From: Desulfobacterales bacterium
GTDB taxonomy: Bacteria > Desulfobacterota > Desulfobacteria > Desulfobacterales > G020354645
Assembly: GCA_050053515.1 (NCBI GenBank)
Contig: JASFTQ010000001.1
Location: 4 to 64,003 of the forward strand
DNA length: 64,000 nucleotides
Reading direction: 5' to 3'
The position numbers were made by a program, and so were the translations under genes. This document shows positions 16,983-27,170 of this stretch, one piece after another; position 1 is the first letter of the stretch, and every line of letters begins with the position of its first letter. The notes under the pieces are model-generated. The model saw nothing but the letters and a program-made list of their open reading frames with translations. It made no database searches and had not been told where the DNA came from.

Positions 16983-18941
16983 TTATGACTCAGAAATATC
17001 CAGCCACACAGCGCGATGATCATCCAGGATCAAATCACTGTTATCTGGAAGGACTTCTCCGTTCAACAAATTGATAACATCTCCTTTGATTCCGCAGGCT
17101 TTTAGTTGAGCCGCGTCCATCTGCTGAGGTTCATCCGCAAAATTGTTTACGATCAGTATTTTCTGGTTATCAAAGGCCCGAATATACCCGAACAGGTGCG
17201 GGTTTCCAGTATGAATGATCTCCATCCCGCCGTTTTGAAAGGCCGGTAATTTTTTGCGCAAATTGAACAGCTTGACCATTTCGTGGAAAAAGCGCCACTC
17301 CAGTGTGTCCTGATCGTTTAGATCTTCACGGGCTTCCCAGCGTTTCCTGGAGCGATGAACCCATCGGCTGTCATCGACTTTCGCGGGGTCGGTGAGGTAG
17401 GTGTAATCATTCAGCATCCCCCATTCATCACCGATGTAAAGCAGTGGAATACCGCCGATACTGACCTGAATGCTCCTCAGCAGGTTGATGCGCCGGACCG
17501 CCCGCTCGATCAATTCGCTGTCTTTTTTCTCAACGGCATCCTCCAGTCCCGCCAGGGATGAAAATGTTCCGGAGATTCGAACATCGCCCGTATCCGCGTT
17601 GAATTGAAAGGGAACGCCTTTTGAAAAAGAACCGGGATAATCCCCGGTGTAGAACTTGTTCAAAAACCTGCGATGACCGTCCGGATCGATACCGATTTGT
17701 TGGGCATCCTGGTCGTCAAAGGTCCATCCGATGTCGTCATGACAGCGGACATAGTTTATCCATGTGCATCCGGCGGGCGTTCGATAGCGGTTTCTCATGG
17801 AATGTTCAAGCAGCTTTACTTCCCGGGTTGCCAGTGCCTCCCACAACAGCGCCATGAGCAGGGGGTTGTAGGACAACTGACATTCATCGGGATGAATGTA
17901 ACGAATCACTTCATCCGGATGGACGATGGCTTCCGATTTAAACAGCAAACAGGGCGCAGCGATTTTCACCATAGCGTTAAAGGCCCGGATGATCGTGTGG
18001 GCTTCCGGTTGATTTTCGCAATTTGTGCCCAGCCTTTTCCAGATAAAAGCCACGGCGTCCAAGCGCAGCACTTCAACACCTTGATTGGCCAGATAGAGCA
18101 TTTCCTCGGCCATGGCACGAAACACTTCCGGGTTTGAATAATTCAGATCCCATTGAAAGCTGTTAAACGTGGTCCAAACCCAGCGTTTCATCTCCTCGCA
18201 CCACGTGAAACTTCCCTTCCTTACCGTAGGGAATATGTCTCTAAGATACTTCTGGAACTGATCCGGCAGCTCGCGATCCGGAAAGGTATAGTAGTAGGCC
18301 ATGAAATCCGGATCGCCGGACTTGGCCTTTTGGGCCCAGATGTGTTCATCGGATGTATGGTTGAACACGAAATCCAACACCAGGCTGATCCCTTCCCCAC
18401 GAAGCGCGGCCGCCAATTTGGCAAGCTCCTCCATGGTGCCGATATCCGGATTGATGGCACGGTAGTCGCTGACGGCGTAGCCGCCGTCATTGTCCCCTTT
18501 GGGGACTTCAAACAATGGCATCAGATGCAGGTAGGTCAGACCGAGTTTCTTAAAATAGGAGGTGTGATCATCCAGTTTTGCCAGGTTGTCGCTGAAAAGA
18601 TCGACATACAATACCCCGCCCGCCATTTTTTCGGATAAAAACCAGGCAGGATCGGCTTCCCGTTGCTCATCCAGCAGTTTCAGTTCGGCGGGCCGCTCCA
18701 GCCAGTATTGCACCAGTGATGTTAAAACCCGTTGAAGGGTATAAAAAAAATCATATTGCCACCCGTATAACTGATGCAGATAGGAAAACAGGCGTTCCCA
18801 TTCCCTGTGAAGCCTGTTTTTAAATTTATGCCAATCATGCGGTGACTGCTTAAGCTCAGCTGAAACCGCCTTTTCCACTTCGGGAAGAATGCGATCCAGA
18901 GACCTCCTGGCCTGTTCCGGTCTCCAGTCATATTCTATCAT
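16983..18941 (-). CDS. ams: amylosucrase (GH13 sucrose glucosyltransferase)
   Basis: 652 aa and collinear with Neisseria polysaccharea amylosucrase as I recall it. Matching blocks are YVDLF, LGLTYLHLMPLF, DGGYAVSDYR, DFVFNHTS, RWVWTTFNSFQWDLNYSNP, LRLDAVAFIWK (nucleophile Asp), FKSEAIVHPD (acid/base Glu) and RCHDDIGW. Confidence 0.9.
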   Translation of the reverse strand: MIEYDWRPEQARRSLDRILPEVEKAVSAELKQSPHDWHKFKNRLHREWERLFSYLHQLYGWQYDFFYTLQRVLTSLVQYWLERPAELKLLDEQREADPAWFLSEKMAGGVLYVDLFSDNLAKLDDHTSYFKKLGLTYLHLMPLFEVPKGDNDGGYAVSDYRAINPDIGTMEELAKLAAALRGEGISLVLDFVFNHTSDEHIWAQKAKSGDPDFMAYYYTFPDRELPDQFQKYLRDIFPTVRKGSFTWCEEMKRWVWTTFNSFQWDLNYSNPEVFRAMAEEMLYLANQGVEVLRLDAVAFIWKRLGTNCENQPEAHTIIRAFNAMVKIAAPCLLFKSEAIVHPDEVIRYIHPDECQLSYNPLLMALLWEALATREVKLLEHSMRNRYRTPAGCTWINYVRCHDDIGWTFDDQDAQQIGIDPDGHRRFLNKFYTGDYPGSFSKGVPFQFNADTGDVRISGTFSSLAGLEDAVEKKDSELIERAVRRINLLRSIQVSIGGIPLLYIGDEWGMLNDYTYLTDPAKVDDSRWVHRSRKRWEAREDLNDQDTLEWRFFHEMVKLFNLRKKLPAFQNGGMEIIHTGNPHLFGYIRAFDNQKILIVNNFADEPQQMDAAQLKACGIKGDVINLLNGEVLPDNSDLILDDHRAVWLDISES

Positions 18942-19033
18942 CGTCGCTTCCTTTCTGTTTTTAGAAACCTATCAGCACATTTATAAGAAGCTTTCAAATA
19001 ATTCTATGATAATGTTTGATTATCGCTGTTGCT

Positions 19034-20680
19034 TCACCCTTTGGTTTTTTCAATCTGTTTATCGCTCTGCCCCGCCAATTGTACATCACTGGATAAGCTT
19101 ATATGCAATGGCCTGCGATCGTCGTGAGCCAGATAGGTGGTGGTTGTCGGAAAAGCGAATTCAATGCCTTCTTTTTCAAAGGCTTGCATTATTTTCAAAT
19201 TGACTTTTTCAGAAAATTCCACGTAAGCCCAGTAATCAGCCGGGTGATACCAGTAGATCATCATGATGTTTAAGGAAGTATCGTTGAATTCAGTAAAATA
19301 AGCCCGAGGTGGAAAATCCGGGTGCATCCCTTCATGGTTGCCGAGGATTTCCCGGATGATTTCAAGTGCCCGCTCCACCTTTTCCGGCGGTGTATCGTAG
19401 GTAATGGTGATGTTGGTCAGGCGACGAATGTGGGGCCGCCGGCCGACGTTTTCGATAGCATTGGTTGCCATTTTTTCATTGGGAACTGTTACTAAATGAC
19501 CCGTCAGGGTTCGAACCCTTGTCGAACGAAAACCAATATTTTCAACCACACCATCATAGCTTTCCACCAACACTCTCTGGCCGACGCTAAAGGGTTTGTC
19601 CAACATGATCATGATGCTGCCGAAAAAATTCTTCAAGGTGTCCTGGGCTGCCAGTGCTACAGCCAAGCCACCGATTCCCAATCCGGCCAGCAGGGCACTC
19701 AATGGTTGACCCGACAATGCTCTCAAAAGGTAAATCGCGCCGACCACAATCACCACCACACGGGCGATTAGCCGGATCATCTGCACAAAGGTGCTGTCCA
19801 GCATATTGTCTTCTCGTTGGGCGAAACGATTCAGCTCATAAACCAGGAGTTCAATCAGCCGGTAGAGGAACACAACGATGGCCAGAGTGCTCAGCACTCC
19901 GATGGTGATGTCTGATATCTGAGTTATCGTCTTTGACAAGTCGAGAATTTCTTTGACTGCATAGACAGCCACGGAGATTAAAAGGAGGGCGATCGGCCAC
20001 ATCGCAGCTTTCAAAACAAGGTTTAACCGAACATTTTCTTCCGAATCCTTGAGAACCGTCGTGATATCGGAGACAAATTTGCCGATCACCCGAATGGCCT
20101 GATAGATCAGTACAAATATAGCAACAAGCAGAAGGTAACGCCACATCGGAGATGTCATCAGCCACTCCGGAAAAACATTGCGTTGATTATAGATGAAAAC
20201 GGCTATGACACCGATGAGAATGAAGAGTCGCAGCGTTTTTTTCAGCTTTGACAATGTTTTCTGCGGAAATCTTTCCTGTAGCTCTGCAGGCATGGTGAGC
20301 CGGACATTATCCAGCAAGGCCACCAGCTGAAAAGCAAGCACAACAATTGCTAATGCCAACAAAAAAGCTTCCAGCCCGTGAAGAAGTTGCGCCAGCCGTT
20401 CAGGGACAACCAGCGGCTCTTCCGCTATGCGGAGTAAGACGGCGAATATCGCCAAACGCAGGGGTGGCAGAAATGCTTGCAACCGCCACAGTTTCGGAGA
20501 TCTACCCTTGTCTTCCAGGGATTTTTGAATCCGTTGTCGCGTCTTTCGGAAAAGAATCTCTAAAATTATGTATCCGATAACGATAATTGCCAGCGAAATT
20601 AACAGGCGCCCGGTGACATTCCCTGAAATGGTTTGCTCAACCAATTGATCAATTTGAATATTGGTTGTTAGTGGATTCAT
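19034..20680 (-). CDS. mechanosensitive ion channel family protein (MscS core with an extended multi-TM N-terminus)
   Basis: 548 aa. Several N-terminal TM helices are followed by AAQDTLKNFFGSIMIMLDKPFSVGQRVLVESYDGVVENIGFRSTRVRTLTGHLVTVPN. Confidence 0.85.
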   Translation of the reverse strand: MNPLTTNIQIDQLVEQTISGNVTGRLLISLAIIVIGYIILEILFRKTRQRIQKSLEDKGRSPKLWRLQAFLPPLRLAIFAVLLRIAEEPLVVPERLAQLLHGLEAFLLALAIVVLAFQLVALLDNVRLTMPAELQERFPQKTLSKLKKTLRLFILIGVIAVFIYNQRNVFPEWLMTSPMWRYLLLVAIFVLIYQAIRVIGKFVSDITTVLKDSEENVRLNLVLKAAMWPIALLLISVAVYAVKEILDLSKTITQISDITIGVLSTLAIVVFLYRLIELLVYELNRFAQREDNMLDSTFVQMIRLIARVVVIVVGAIYLLRALSGQPLSALLAGLGIGGLAVALAAQDTLKNFFGSIMIMLDKPFSVGQRVLVESYDGVVENIGFRSTRVRTLTGHLVTVPNEKMATNAIENVGRRPHIRRLTNITITYDTPPEKVERALEIIREILGNHEGMHPDFPPRAYFTEFNDTSLNIMMIYWYHPADYWAYVEFSEKVNLKIMQAFEKEGIEFAFPTTTTYLAHDDRRPLHISLSSDVQLAGQSDKQIEKTKG

Positions 20681-20833
20681 TGTGTTAACCTCCTTTAACT
20701 GTTGAAAATTGAGACTGTATGGGAATCTGTTGTTCTGGACGAGTTCACGATAGGTTAGCGAGATCTGCGATTCGACAGGCTCACCACCGACAGAGGGGCT
20801 TTGCCGCAGTAGAAAGAAAAGTGATTATTGCTT

Positions 20834-20995
20834 GATCATGCCGGTCCCGGAGCACGACCTGAATGACGGATACGGCATCCAGGTGGCTGAGCCCATGTAA
20901 TCAAGATAGATTCCGGGTCAAGCCCGGAATGACCGCTTCGCTTCCCTGTTCAAAGGGAAGCTGGCTGAATCAAATATTTTCCTTTCCGGGCTGAG
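20834..20995. repeat. hairpin-rich intergenic repeat, family D, copy 2
   Basis: It shares a block of about 100 bp with 13985-14098 in inverted orientation. It also shares the motif CCCTGTTCAAAGGGAAGCT with 44117-44135 and TTTTCCTTTCCGGG with 13940 and 44284. Confidence 0.55.
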
Positions 20996-21045
20996 AAGCA
21001 TTGCCGAACGGCAGAACCCCCGCTCTTTAGGGCGGGGAACTCCAT

Positions 21046-22110
21046 TTAAAGCCATTTTTTTCTTTTAAACCAGAATACCATCGCGACAAATATGGCAATT
21101 AAAATGACCCACAGGACTGGGTAAGACCAGTGCCATTTCAATTCCGGCATGAATTCGAAGTTCATGCCGTAAATACCGGCGATAAAGGTCAGGGGGATGA
21201 ATATGGTCGCCATGATTGTGAGCACCTTCATCACTTCGTTCATTTTGTTGCTGACACTGGATAGATAGATATCCAGCATCCCGGAGAGCATGTCCCTGAA
21301 AGTCTCGGCCGTGTCGATGACCTGGATGGTGTGGTCGTAGACGTCCCTGAGATAAGGCAATATATCTCCTTTTATCAGGTCAGACTCGAGTCTCAGCAAA
21401 CCGCTGACGATTTCCCGCAACGGCCAGATCGACTTGCGAATGAAAATCATTTCTCGCTTAAGGTTTTGGATAGCCTGAAGGATTTTCGGTGAAGGATGCT
21501 CCAGAACCTCTTCTTGCAGCTGCTCTATTTTTTCTCCGATTTCCTCAAAGATCTTAAAATAGTGGTCAACGACCGTGTCGATAAGGGCATAGGCCAGATA
21601 ATCCGTGCCGGATTTGCGGATACGCCCCTTGCCCTTTCGAATCCTTTGCCTGACGGGATCAAAAACGTCACCTTCTTTTTCCTGGAGCGAGATGACTACG
21701 CTGGGGGTAACGATTAAACTGATCTGTTCGTGTTGGATGACATGATTTTCGCCCTCGGAGTAAAGCATTTTCAATATGACAAACAGATAATCATCATAAT
21801 CTTCCAGTTTCGGGCGCTGCTCGGTGTTTACAATATCTTCCATCAGGAGGGGGTGCAGGTTGAATTTTTCACCCATTTTTTCGATGATCTCGACATCGTG
21901 GAGGCCTGAAACGTTAACCCAAGAAACGGATTTTTTGTCCCTGTAGGCCAGACAGTTATCGACGCTGGCGACTTCTGTTTCTTGCAGGTTATCGGCATCG
22001 TAGTCGATGATCGTAAATTTGACTTTTTCGACCTTCTTTTCACCCACAAACACAAGGGTCCCCGGCGCTGAGCCTGCCTTTTTGGATGATCTTCTGATAA
22101 ACTTTCGCAT
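21046..22110 (-). CDS. corA: magnesium/cobalt transporter CorA
   Basis: 354 aa with a cytoplasmic N-domain and two C-terminal TM helices carrying the YGMNFEFMPEL signature. Confidence 0.9.
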   Translation of the reverse strand: MRKFIRRSSKKAGSAPGTLVFVGEKKVEKVKFTIIDYDADNLQETEVASVDNCLAYRDKKSVSWVNVSGLHDVEIIEKMGEKFNLHPLLMEDIVNTEQRPKLEDYDDYLFVILKMLYSEGENHVIQHEQISLIVTPSVVISLQEKEGDVFDPVRQRIRKGKGRIRKSGTDYLAYALIDTVVDHYFKIFEEIGEKIEQLQEEVLEHPSPKILQAIQNLKREMIFIRKSIWPLREIVSGLLRLESDLIKGDILPYLRDVYDHTIQVIDTAETFRDMLSGMLDIYLSSVSNKMNEVMKVLTIMATIFIPLTFIAGIYGMNFEFMPELKWHWSYPVLWVILIAIFVAMVFWFKRKKWL

Positions 22111-22234
22111 GTGTTTAAACTCCCCTTGGCTAAATTGATAATGGTATTTGAGAATGTAGCAAAAAATTATAGGGGAATAATCAGATTCTTTTTGTCATTA
22201 TCCGATTAAAAGGTAGAAAATATTTCTGCCGGCT

Positions 22235-22771
22235 TTACATTCCGGATTGTTCTTTTAGAGCGCCGACGATGTCGATACTCTGCTTGAATAAATCAAGGGT
22301 TGTCTGAATCGTGTATTTTTCTTTTTCGATGATATATCCCTCCGACGGATCGTGGGAGATCAGGGCATGATTGATTTTGATCTGCTCGTACATAATGTTG
22401 ACCTGCTGAGCTGAGGTTGCCAAGCTGCGCTGTCTCACATTGTAAAAGCGGCGACGGTTTTTTTCTCTTAACTCAATGAATAGTGTCAACAAGGCGTGTT
22501 CATACTCACAGATTGACCTGATCGCGGAGATGGACAGTACAGAGGAAAGCCAGATATTCTTTTGTTCATTGTAGTTTTCATTGGCTATGCTCATCTTATC
22601 CAAATCGCTTTGAATATTTTCGAGCCGGTCGATGTTATCAGATAGAGCGGCTAAAATGGCGTCCGCTTTTTTGAGTATCGCCAGTGTTTCCGGGGGAATT
22701 TTTTGAGACAGCGACGTTTGCGGGACGAAAAATAGCAGTAAGAGTGCATATGCGGCGATAGCTTTATACAT
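22235..22771 (-). CDS. hypothetical secreted all-helical protein
   Basis: I prefer the internal ATG at 22771, which is preceded by AGAAAGGAA. It gives MYKAIAAYALLLLFFVPQTSLSQ, a signal-peptide-like start. I recognise no family. The gene is visibly AT-richer than its neighbours. Confidence 0.5.
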   Translation of the reverse strand: MYKAIAAYALLLLFFVPQTSLSQKIPPETLAILKKADAILAALSDNIDRLENIQSDLDKMSIANENYNEQKNIWLSSVLSISAIRSICEYEHALLTLFIELREKNRRRFYNVRQRSLATSAQQVNIMYEQIKINHALISHDPSEGYIIEKEKYTIQTTLDLFKQSIDIVGALKEQSGM

Positions 22772-23146
22772 GGAAGGGTTCCTTTCTCTGATAAAACTGT
22801 ATTGTTCAGTAATTTCACCTATCATCGCAGCTTTGTCAAGGGCAACAGAAATTGTATTGTAGGTTCCCCTGAAAGGCAAACTGCACTCCGACCATCAGAT
22901 TTAGCCGGCTGCGTCGAATCCATCGTTATTGCTGAATCTTAAAGGAATCGTGGTGTTCGCATTGAGTCTCACCGGGCCATATGTTATGCTGAATTACTTC
23001 AACGCATCTCGAGGCGAAGGCCCATCATACGGTGAGTTACCGAAACCGGCCGGCATTGTTTAAGTCTCGGTTTATAAATGTGAAGCCCCCCGGCCCAAAG
23101 GGCGGGGCTTGCTGGGAAACGAACCGGTCGAAAGGAGTAGCAGGTC

Positions 23147-25654
23147 ATGGACAAAAGCCAACCCCCCGTGGTTAAACAATCGCTTTTTTCGTGGGTATTT
23201 TCGGTAAAAACCAATCTCCAGGTGCTGTTGGTTGTTGTCATTTTAGCTGCTGTGTTTGCCCGGGTTTTGCCTCTCGAGATGCAAAAGCGAGTGGTAAATG
23301 AGGCTATTAAACTGAAGAAAATAGACCTGTTATTTTTTTACTGCGGTGTTTACCTGGCAGCGGTAGTCAGCGCCAACGGACTCAAATACCTCATTAATAT
23401 TCTCCAGACGGTGATCGGCCAGAGGGTTGGTGCCGATATGCGAAAAGGGTTGTATCATCATATTCTGACCCTTCCCCTGAGTTTTTTTAGAAGGACCCAA
23501 CCCGGTATGGTCGTTTCATCACTGGTCAACGAACTGGCCACCGCCGGAGATTTTGTGGGGCAGGCCGTAGCAGTTCCCTTGAGCAATACGCTGACGCTGC
23601 TGGCCGTCACAGGATACCTGCTCTGGCTAAACCCGCTGTTGGCCGCCGTATCTTTTTCCATTTACCCGCTTGGACTATTTCTGGTGACGCGGCTTCAGAA
23701 ACGCGCCAACCGTGCAAACAGCCAACGGGTGGATCAAGCACGTCAGGTCAGCAGCAAGATAGCAGAGTCCGTGACCGGCATTCAAGAGATCCAGGCCCAC
23801 GGGGCTTATCGAATCGAAAACCGCAAGTTCGACACGTTGGTGGATCAACTGATGAAAACCAGGGTCCTTTGGAATTTGTACCGATTTGGTATCAAAGTGA
23901 GCAACAATGTCTCCACCAGTATCAGCCAGTTTCTCATTTTCATCATCGGTGGTTATCTGGCCATTAACGGTCGGCTGGAACTGGGGGCTTTGGTAGCATT
24001 TTTATCCGCCCAGGAAAAACTCTACGACCCCTGGAGGGAACTGGTTGATTTTTACCAGGATTACCAGGACGCTTCTGTCAGTTACTATCGAACGATGGAT
24101 TATTTCAACGTTCAACCCGAACACAAACTCGAACCCGAAGACAGGAACCCTTATGCACTGGATGGCAGCATCGAGGTCAAAGATTTGTCATTTGCGACGG
24201 AAACCGGCGTTAGGCTATTGGATGATATCAAATTCTCACTGAAGCCCGGCCAGCAATTGGGTCTTGTCGGGTTTTCCGGCAGCGGCAAAAGCACTCTGGC
24301 CCAGTGTGTCGGGCAGCTTTATAAATATACAGGCGGACAGATCCGGATCGGCAACCAGGAGGTATCGGGTTTGACCAAAAAGGATATTGCTTACAACCTT
24401 GGCTTTGTATCGCAAACACCCTTTATTTTCGATGGAACCTTTCAGGAAAATTTGCTTTATTCTGTTGCGGCTAAACTCGACGGCAACGGCTCTGCTGAGA
24501 TGCCCAGTCTGGATGATATGATCAATGTAATACAGCAAACGGGTCTTTTTACCGATGTCCTGCGGTTTGGCCTCAATACGGTTTTAGATGTTGAAAGATA
24601 TAAAAATCTTATACCTCATCTGATTCGGGTTCGGACAAAATTGAGCCGCAGGCTGAAAGTATCACTGGCCGACTATGTTGAGTTTTTCGATAAAGGAACC
24701 TATCTTTATTATTCCAGTGTAGCAAAGAATCTGACATTCGGATTTGCCACCGATCCGGCATTCGTTAAAGAAAGATTACCTGAAAATAGATTTTTTCTAA
24801 GCTATCTGGCGGAAAATGATTTGATACAGCCACTTCTGTTTCTTGGTGCCGAGCTTTGTAAAATAACCGTCGATATATTAACCCCCCTGGCACCGGATGA
24901 ATCATTGTTCGAGCAAAGTCCCATAACGGTCGATGAGATGAATGATTATCTAGCGGTCGCCGGGCGGATTAGAGGTTCCGACTTGGATCGGCTTGCTGAC
25001 CGGGAGCGGCAAATGCTTTTGAAACTGGCTTTGCGTTTCACACCGGGGCGGCATAAAATGGTTGCACTGCCTAAAAAATTAGAACAGAAAATACTGGAGG
25101 CACGGACTCAATTCAGAAAGAAAATTTCCGGTGAATATCCGGACACCTTCTCGTTTTATCGCAAGAGGGAATACATTTATTCACACACCATCCTAAATAA
25201 TATTTTTTTTGGAAGATTAAAAACAGAAAATCCCTCCTTATTTGATAAAATCAATCAACACATTATTCAAATTCTGATAGAAGAGGGCGTGCTGGAAGCT
25301 ATCGTCGAAATCGGTATGCAGTTTCAGGTGGGTAGCAAAGGAGATCGACTCTCGGGAGGTCAGCGCCAGAAACTGGCTATTGCCAGGGCCTTTTTAAAAA
25401 ATCCGCGAATTTTGATAATGGATGAAGCCACCGCCGCACTGGACAATAAGTCACAATCGCGCATTCAAAATATTCTGGACACCCACTGGAGGAAAAAGAG
25501 CACCCTGATAGCTGTCGCCCACCGCCTGGACATAGTCAAAGGCTACGATAAAATTGCAGTTATGAAGGCAGGTAAAATAGGTGAAATAGGTGCCTATGAC
25601 GAACTGCTCGCCCAAAGAGGCTTGTTATATGAACTTATCACGGGCGGTCGGTAA
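23147..25654 (+). CDS. fused ABC exporter (6-TM permease plus ATPase) with a large insertion inside the ATPase domain
   Basis: 835 aa. Walker A GFSGSGKST is encoded near 24271-24297 and the Q-loop VSQTPFIF near 24410. The signature LSGGQRQKLAIARAF appears only near 25349-25390, followed by Walker B ILIMDEATAALD. Confidence 0.85.
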   Translation: MDKSQPPVVKQSLFSWVFSVKTNLQVLLVVVILAAVFARVLPLEMQKRVVNEAIKLKKIDLLFFYCGVYLAAVVSANGLKYLINILQTVIGQRVGADMRKGLYHHILTLPLSFFRRTQPGMVVSSLVNELATAGDFVGQAVAVPLSNTLTLLAVTGYLLWLNPLLAAVSFSIYPLGLFLVTRLQKRANRANSQRVDQARQVSSKIAESVTGIQEIQAHGAYRIENRKFDTLVDQLMKTRVLWNLYRFGIKVSNNVSTSISQFLIFIIGGYLAINGRLELGALVAFLSAQEKLYDPWRELVDFYQDYQDASVSYYRTMDYFNVQPEHKLEPEDRNPYALDGSIEVKDLSFATETGVRLLDDIKFSLKPGQQLGLVGFSGSGKSTLAQCVGQLYKYTGGQIRIGNQEVSGLTKKDIAYNLGFVSQTPFIFDGTFQENLLYSVAAKLDGNGSAEMPSLDDMINVIQQTGLFTDVLRFGLNTVLDVERYKNLIPHLIRVRTKLSRRLKVSLADYVEFFDKGTYLYYSSVAKNLTFGFATDPAFVKERLPENRFFLSYLAENDLIQPLLFLGAELCKITVDILTPLAPDESLFEQSPITVDEMNDYLAVAGRIRGSDLDRLADRERQMLLKLALRFTPGRHKMVALPKKLEQKILEARTQFRKKISGEYPDTFSFYRKREYIYSHTILNNIFFGRLKTENPSLFDKINQHIIQILIEEGVLEAIVEIGMQFQVGSKGDRLSGGQRQKLAIARAFLKNPRILIMDEATAALDNKSQSRIQNILDTHWRKKSTLIAVAHRLDIVKGYDKIAVMKAGKIGEIGAYDELLAQRGLLYELITGGR

Positions 25655-25709
25655 ATCTAATTCACAAATCAATTTATAGGTTTAATCAGATAAAGCCGGA
25701 AATGCCATA

Positions 25710-26249
25710 ATGGTTGAATACCCACTTAAATGGATTACAAAGGACTTGGCTGTCGGTTATGCTCCCCGGTCTTATGATGACTTACACAGCTTAAAACAAC
25801 AAGGGATAAACGCTGTCATCAATTTGTGTGCAGAGTGTTACGACTTGTATGAGATCGAGCAGTCGGCGGGAATTGACGTGTATTACCTCCCCATAGCGGA
25901 TGAGGATGCCCCCAATCTCGACGATATGGCTCAAGCCCTCGACTGGTTGGAGGCCCGTCTTGCCGAAGGTAAAAAGATACTGGTTCATTGTCGGTTTGGT
26001 ATCGGGCGCACCGGAACCTTGATGACTGCCTATCTATTGAAAAACGGATTCAGCCTGAGGGAAGCCCATGAGAAGATGCGCCACACACCAGCTGCTCCGG
26101 CATCGCGAATACAATGGGATTTTTTAGATGAATTCAGTAAAAAATTGGGATTGTCAAAAATAAAAAGATCCGTCGGCGAAGATAAAAAGTCATTTGACCT
26201 GGGGAAATTTTTTGAGAAATACAAGAAGATGAAAGAGTGGCTTGACTAA
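25710..26249 (+). CDS. dual-specificity (Cys-based) protein phosphatase
   Basis: 179 aa with the HCX5R active-site loop VHCRFGIGRTGT in a DSP-sized fold. Confidence 0.75.
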   Translation: MVEYPLKWITKDLAVGYAPRSYDDLHSLKQQGINAVINLCAECYDLYEIEQSAGIDVYYLPIADEDAPNLDDMAQALDWLEARLAEGKKILVHCRFGIGRTGTLMTAYLLKNGFSLREAHEKMRHTPAAPASRIQWDFLDEFSKKLGLSKIKRSVGEDKKSFDLGKFFEKYKKMKEWLD

Positions 26250-26290
26250 ATTTAAACAGTTCAGCGCTGAAGGCCAAAAGGAAAAAACGG

Positions 26291-26917
26291 ATGAACATAT
26301 CAAAACTGGCGGTATCAATTCTCATCTCTCCCTTGTTATCGGTATCTGTCGTTGAAGCCACACCGCCGCCGGATATGATCATGGTGCCCATCAAAAAGAC
26401 CATCGCTATTTTGAGAAATCCTGATTATCGGAAATCCGGCCATAAAGATTTACTGTGGCAGAAAATTCGAAACGTTATTCGCAACGATATTGATTTCACC
26501 CCATTTAGTAGGCAAACGCTGGGTAAGTACTGGAAAACCTTTACCACTCAACAAAAACGAGAATTTAAAGCTGCATTTTTCGAATTCCTTGCGTGCGTGT
26601 ACATACCAAAGTTAATAATAGGGTATAAAGGCCAGAAAGTTTATTATGACGATATGGAAGTAAAGTTAAATAAGGTGGCTTGGATAAGAATAAAATTTGA
26701 GGACTTACCGAATCCGATATTTCTGACGTTTAACATTGTTAATCATGATGGTTTCTGGAAGATATATGACGTGCGCATCGCTGGAGCGAGTCTGGCTGAA
26801 AAATATCGAAAACCTTTCGCAGCAGCGCTAACAAAAGAATCGCCGCAAAGACTCATCTGCTGGCTAAAAAAAAGAGTAAAAGAGCAACAGAGATCCGGCC
26901 GATGCCCTGTGCCATAA
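26291..26917 (+). CDS. MlaC/Ttg2D-like periplasmic lipid-binding protein
   Basis: 208 aa with a signal peptide. The block DFTPFSRQTLGKYWKTFTTQQKREFKAAFFEFLACVY resembles the MlaC family core. There are no adjacent mlaDEF genes. Confidence 0.6.
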   Translation: MNISKLAVSILISPLLSVSVVEATPPPDMIMVPIKKTIAILRNPDYRKSGHKDLLWQKIRNVIRNDIDFTPFSRQTLGKYWKTFTTQQKREFKAAFFEFLACVYIPKLIIGYKGQKVYYDDMEVKLNKVAWIRIKFEDLPNPIFLTFNIVNHDGFWKIYDVRIAGASLAEKYRKPFAAALTKESPQRLICWLKKRVKEQQRSGRCPVP

Positions 26918-26998
26918 ACCGCAGGCTTCGACAGGCTTAACACAATATCCGGTTTTCCCATAAGCATCAGGGGTGATGGTCTTTTGGAAAATGCAACC

Positions 26999-27029
26999 GT
27001 TGCGAGTTGCGTGTTACGGGTCGTGGGTT
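26999..27029. repeat. short tandem heptanucleotide repeat (GTTGCGA GTTGCGT GTTACGG GTCGTGG GTT)
   Basis: The 7-nt periodicity is read directly from the sequence, in the convergent intergenic region between the MlaC-like and CaCA genes. Confidence 0.6.
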
Positions 27030-27170
27030 AAAAAAACGCGCAACGCCTAACCTGCCACGATCGCTTTTGCCAATACCCTACCACTCAGAGGTTACCGTTT
27101 AAAGGATACTATACTTGTAAAATATTCAGCGGGATATGATCCTAGTTAGTGTTTATTTTTTAGCTAGCTT

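Noticed and set aside
16980-16985. The convergent SLC12-type and amylosucrase genes have directly abutting stop codons and no intergenic base.
   Set aside because: This is unusual but explicable as compact genome organisation. I found no hairpin or other signal, so it is noted only in passing.
19506-19519. AGGGTTCGAACCCT, a tRNA T-arm-like palindrome.
   Set aside because: It lies in-frame inside the 548-aa MscS-family CDS, and no acceptor, D or anticodon arms can be drawn around it.
20829-20844. A sigma-54-like CGGCAT-GATCA-AGCA on the minus strand upstream of the 548-aa MscS-family gene.
   Set aside because: The -12 element is out of register (AGCA where TTGC is expected), and the sequence lies inside a family D repeat.
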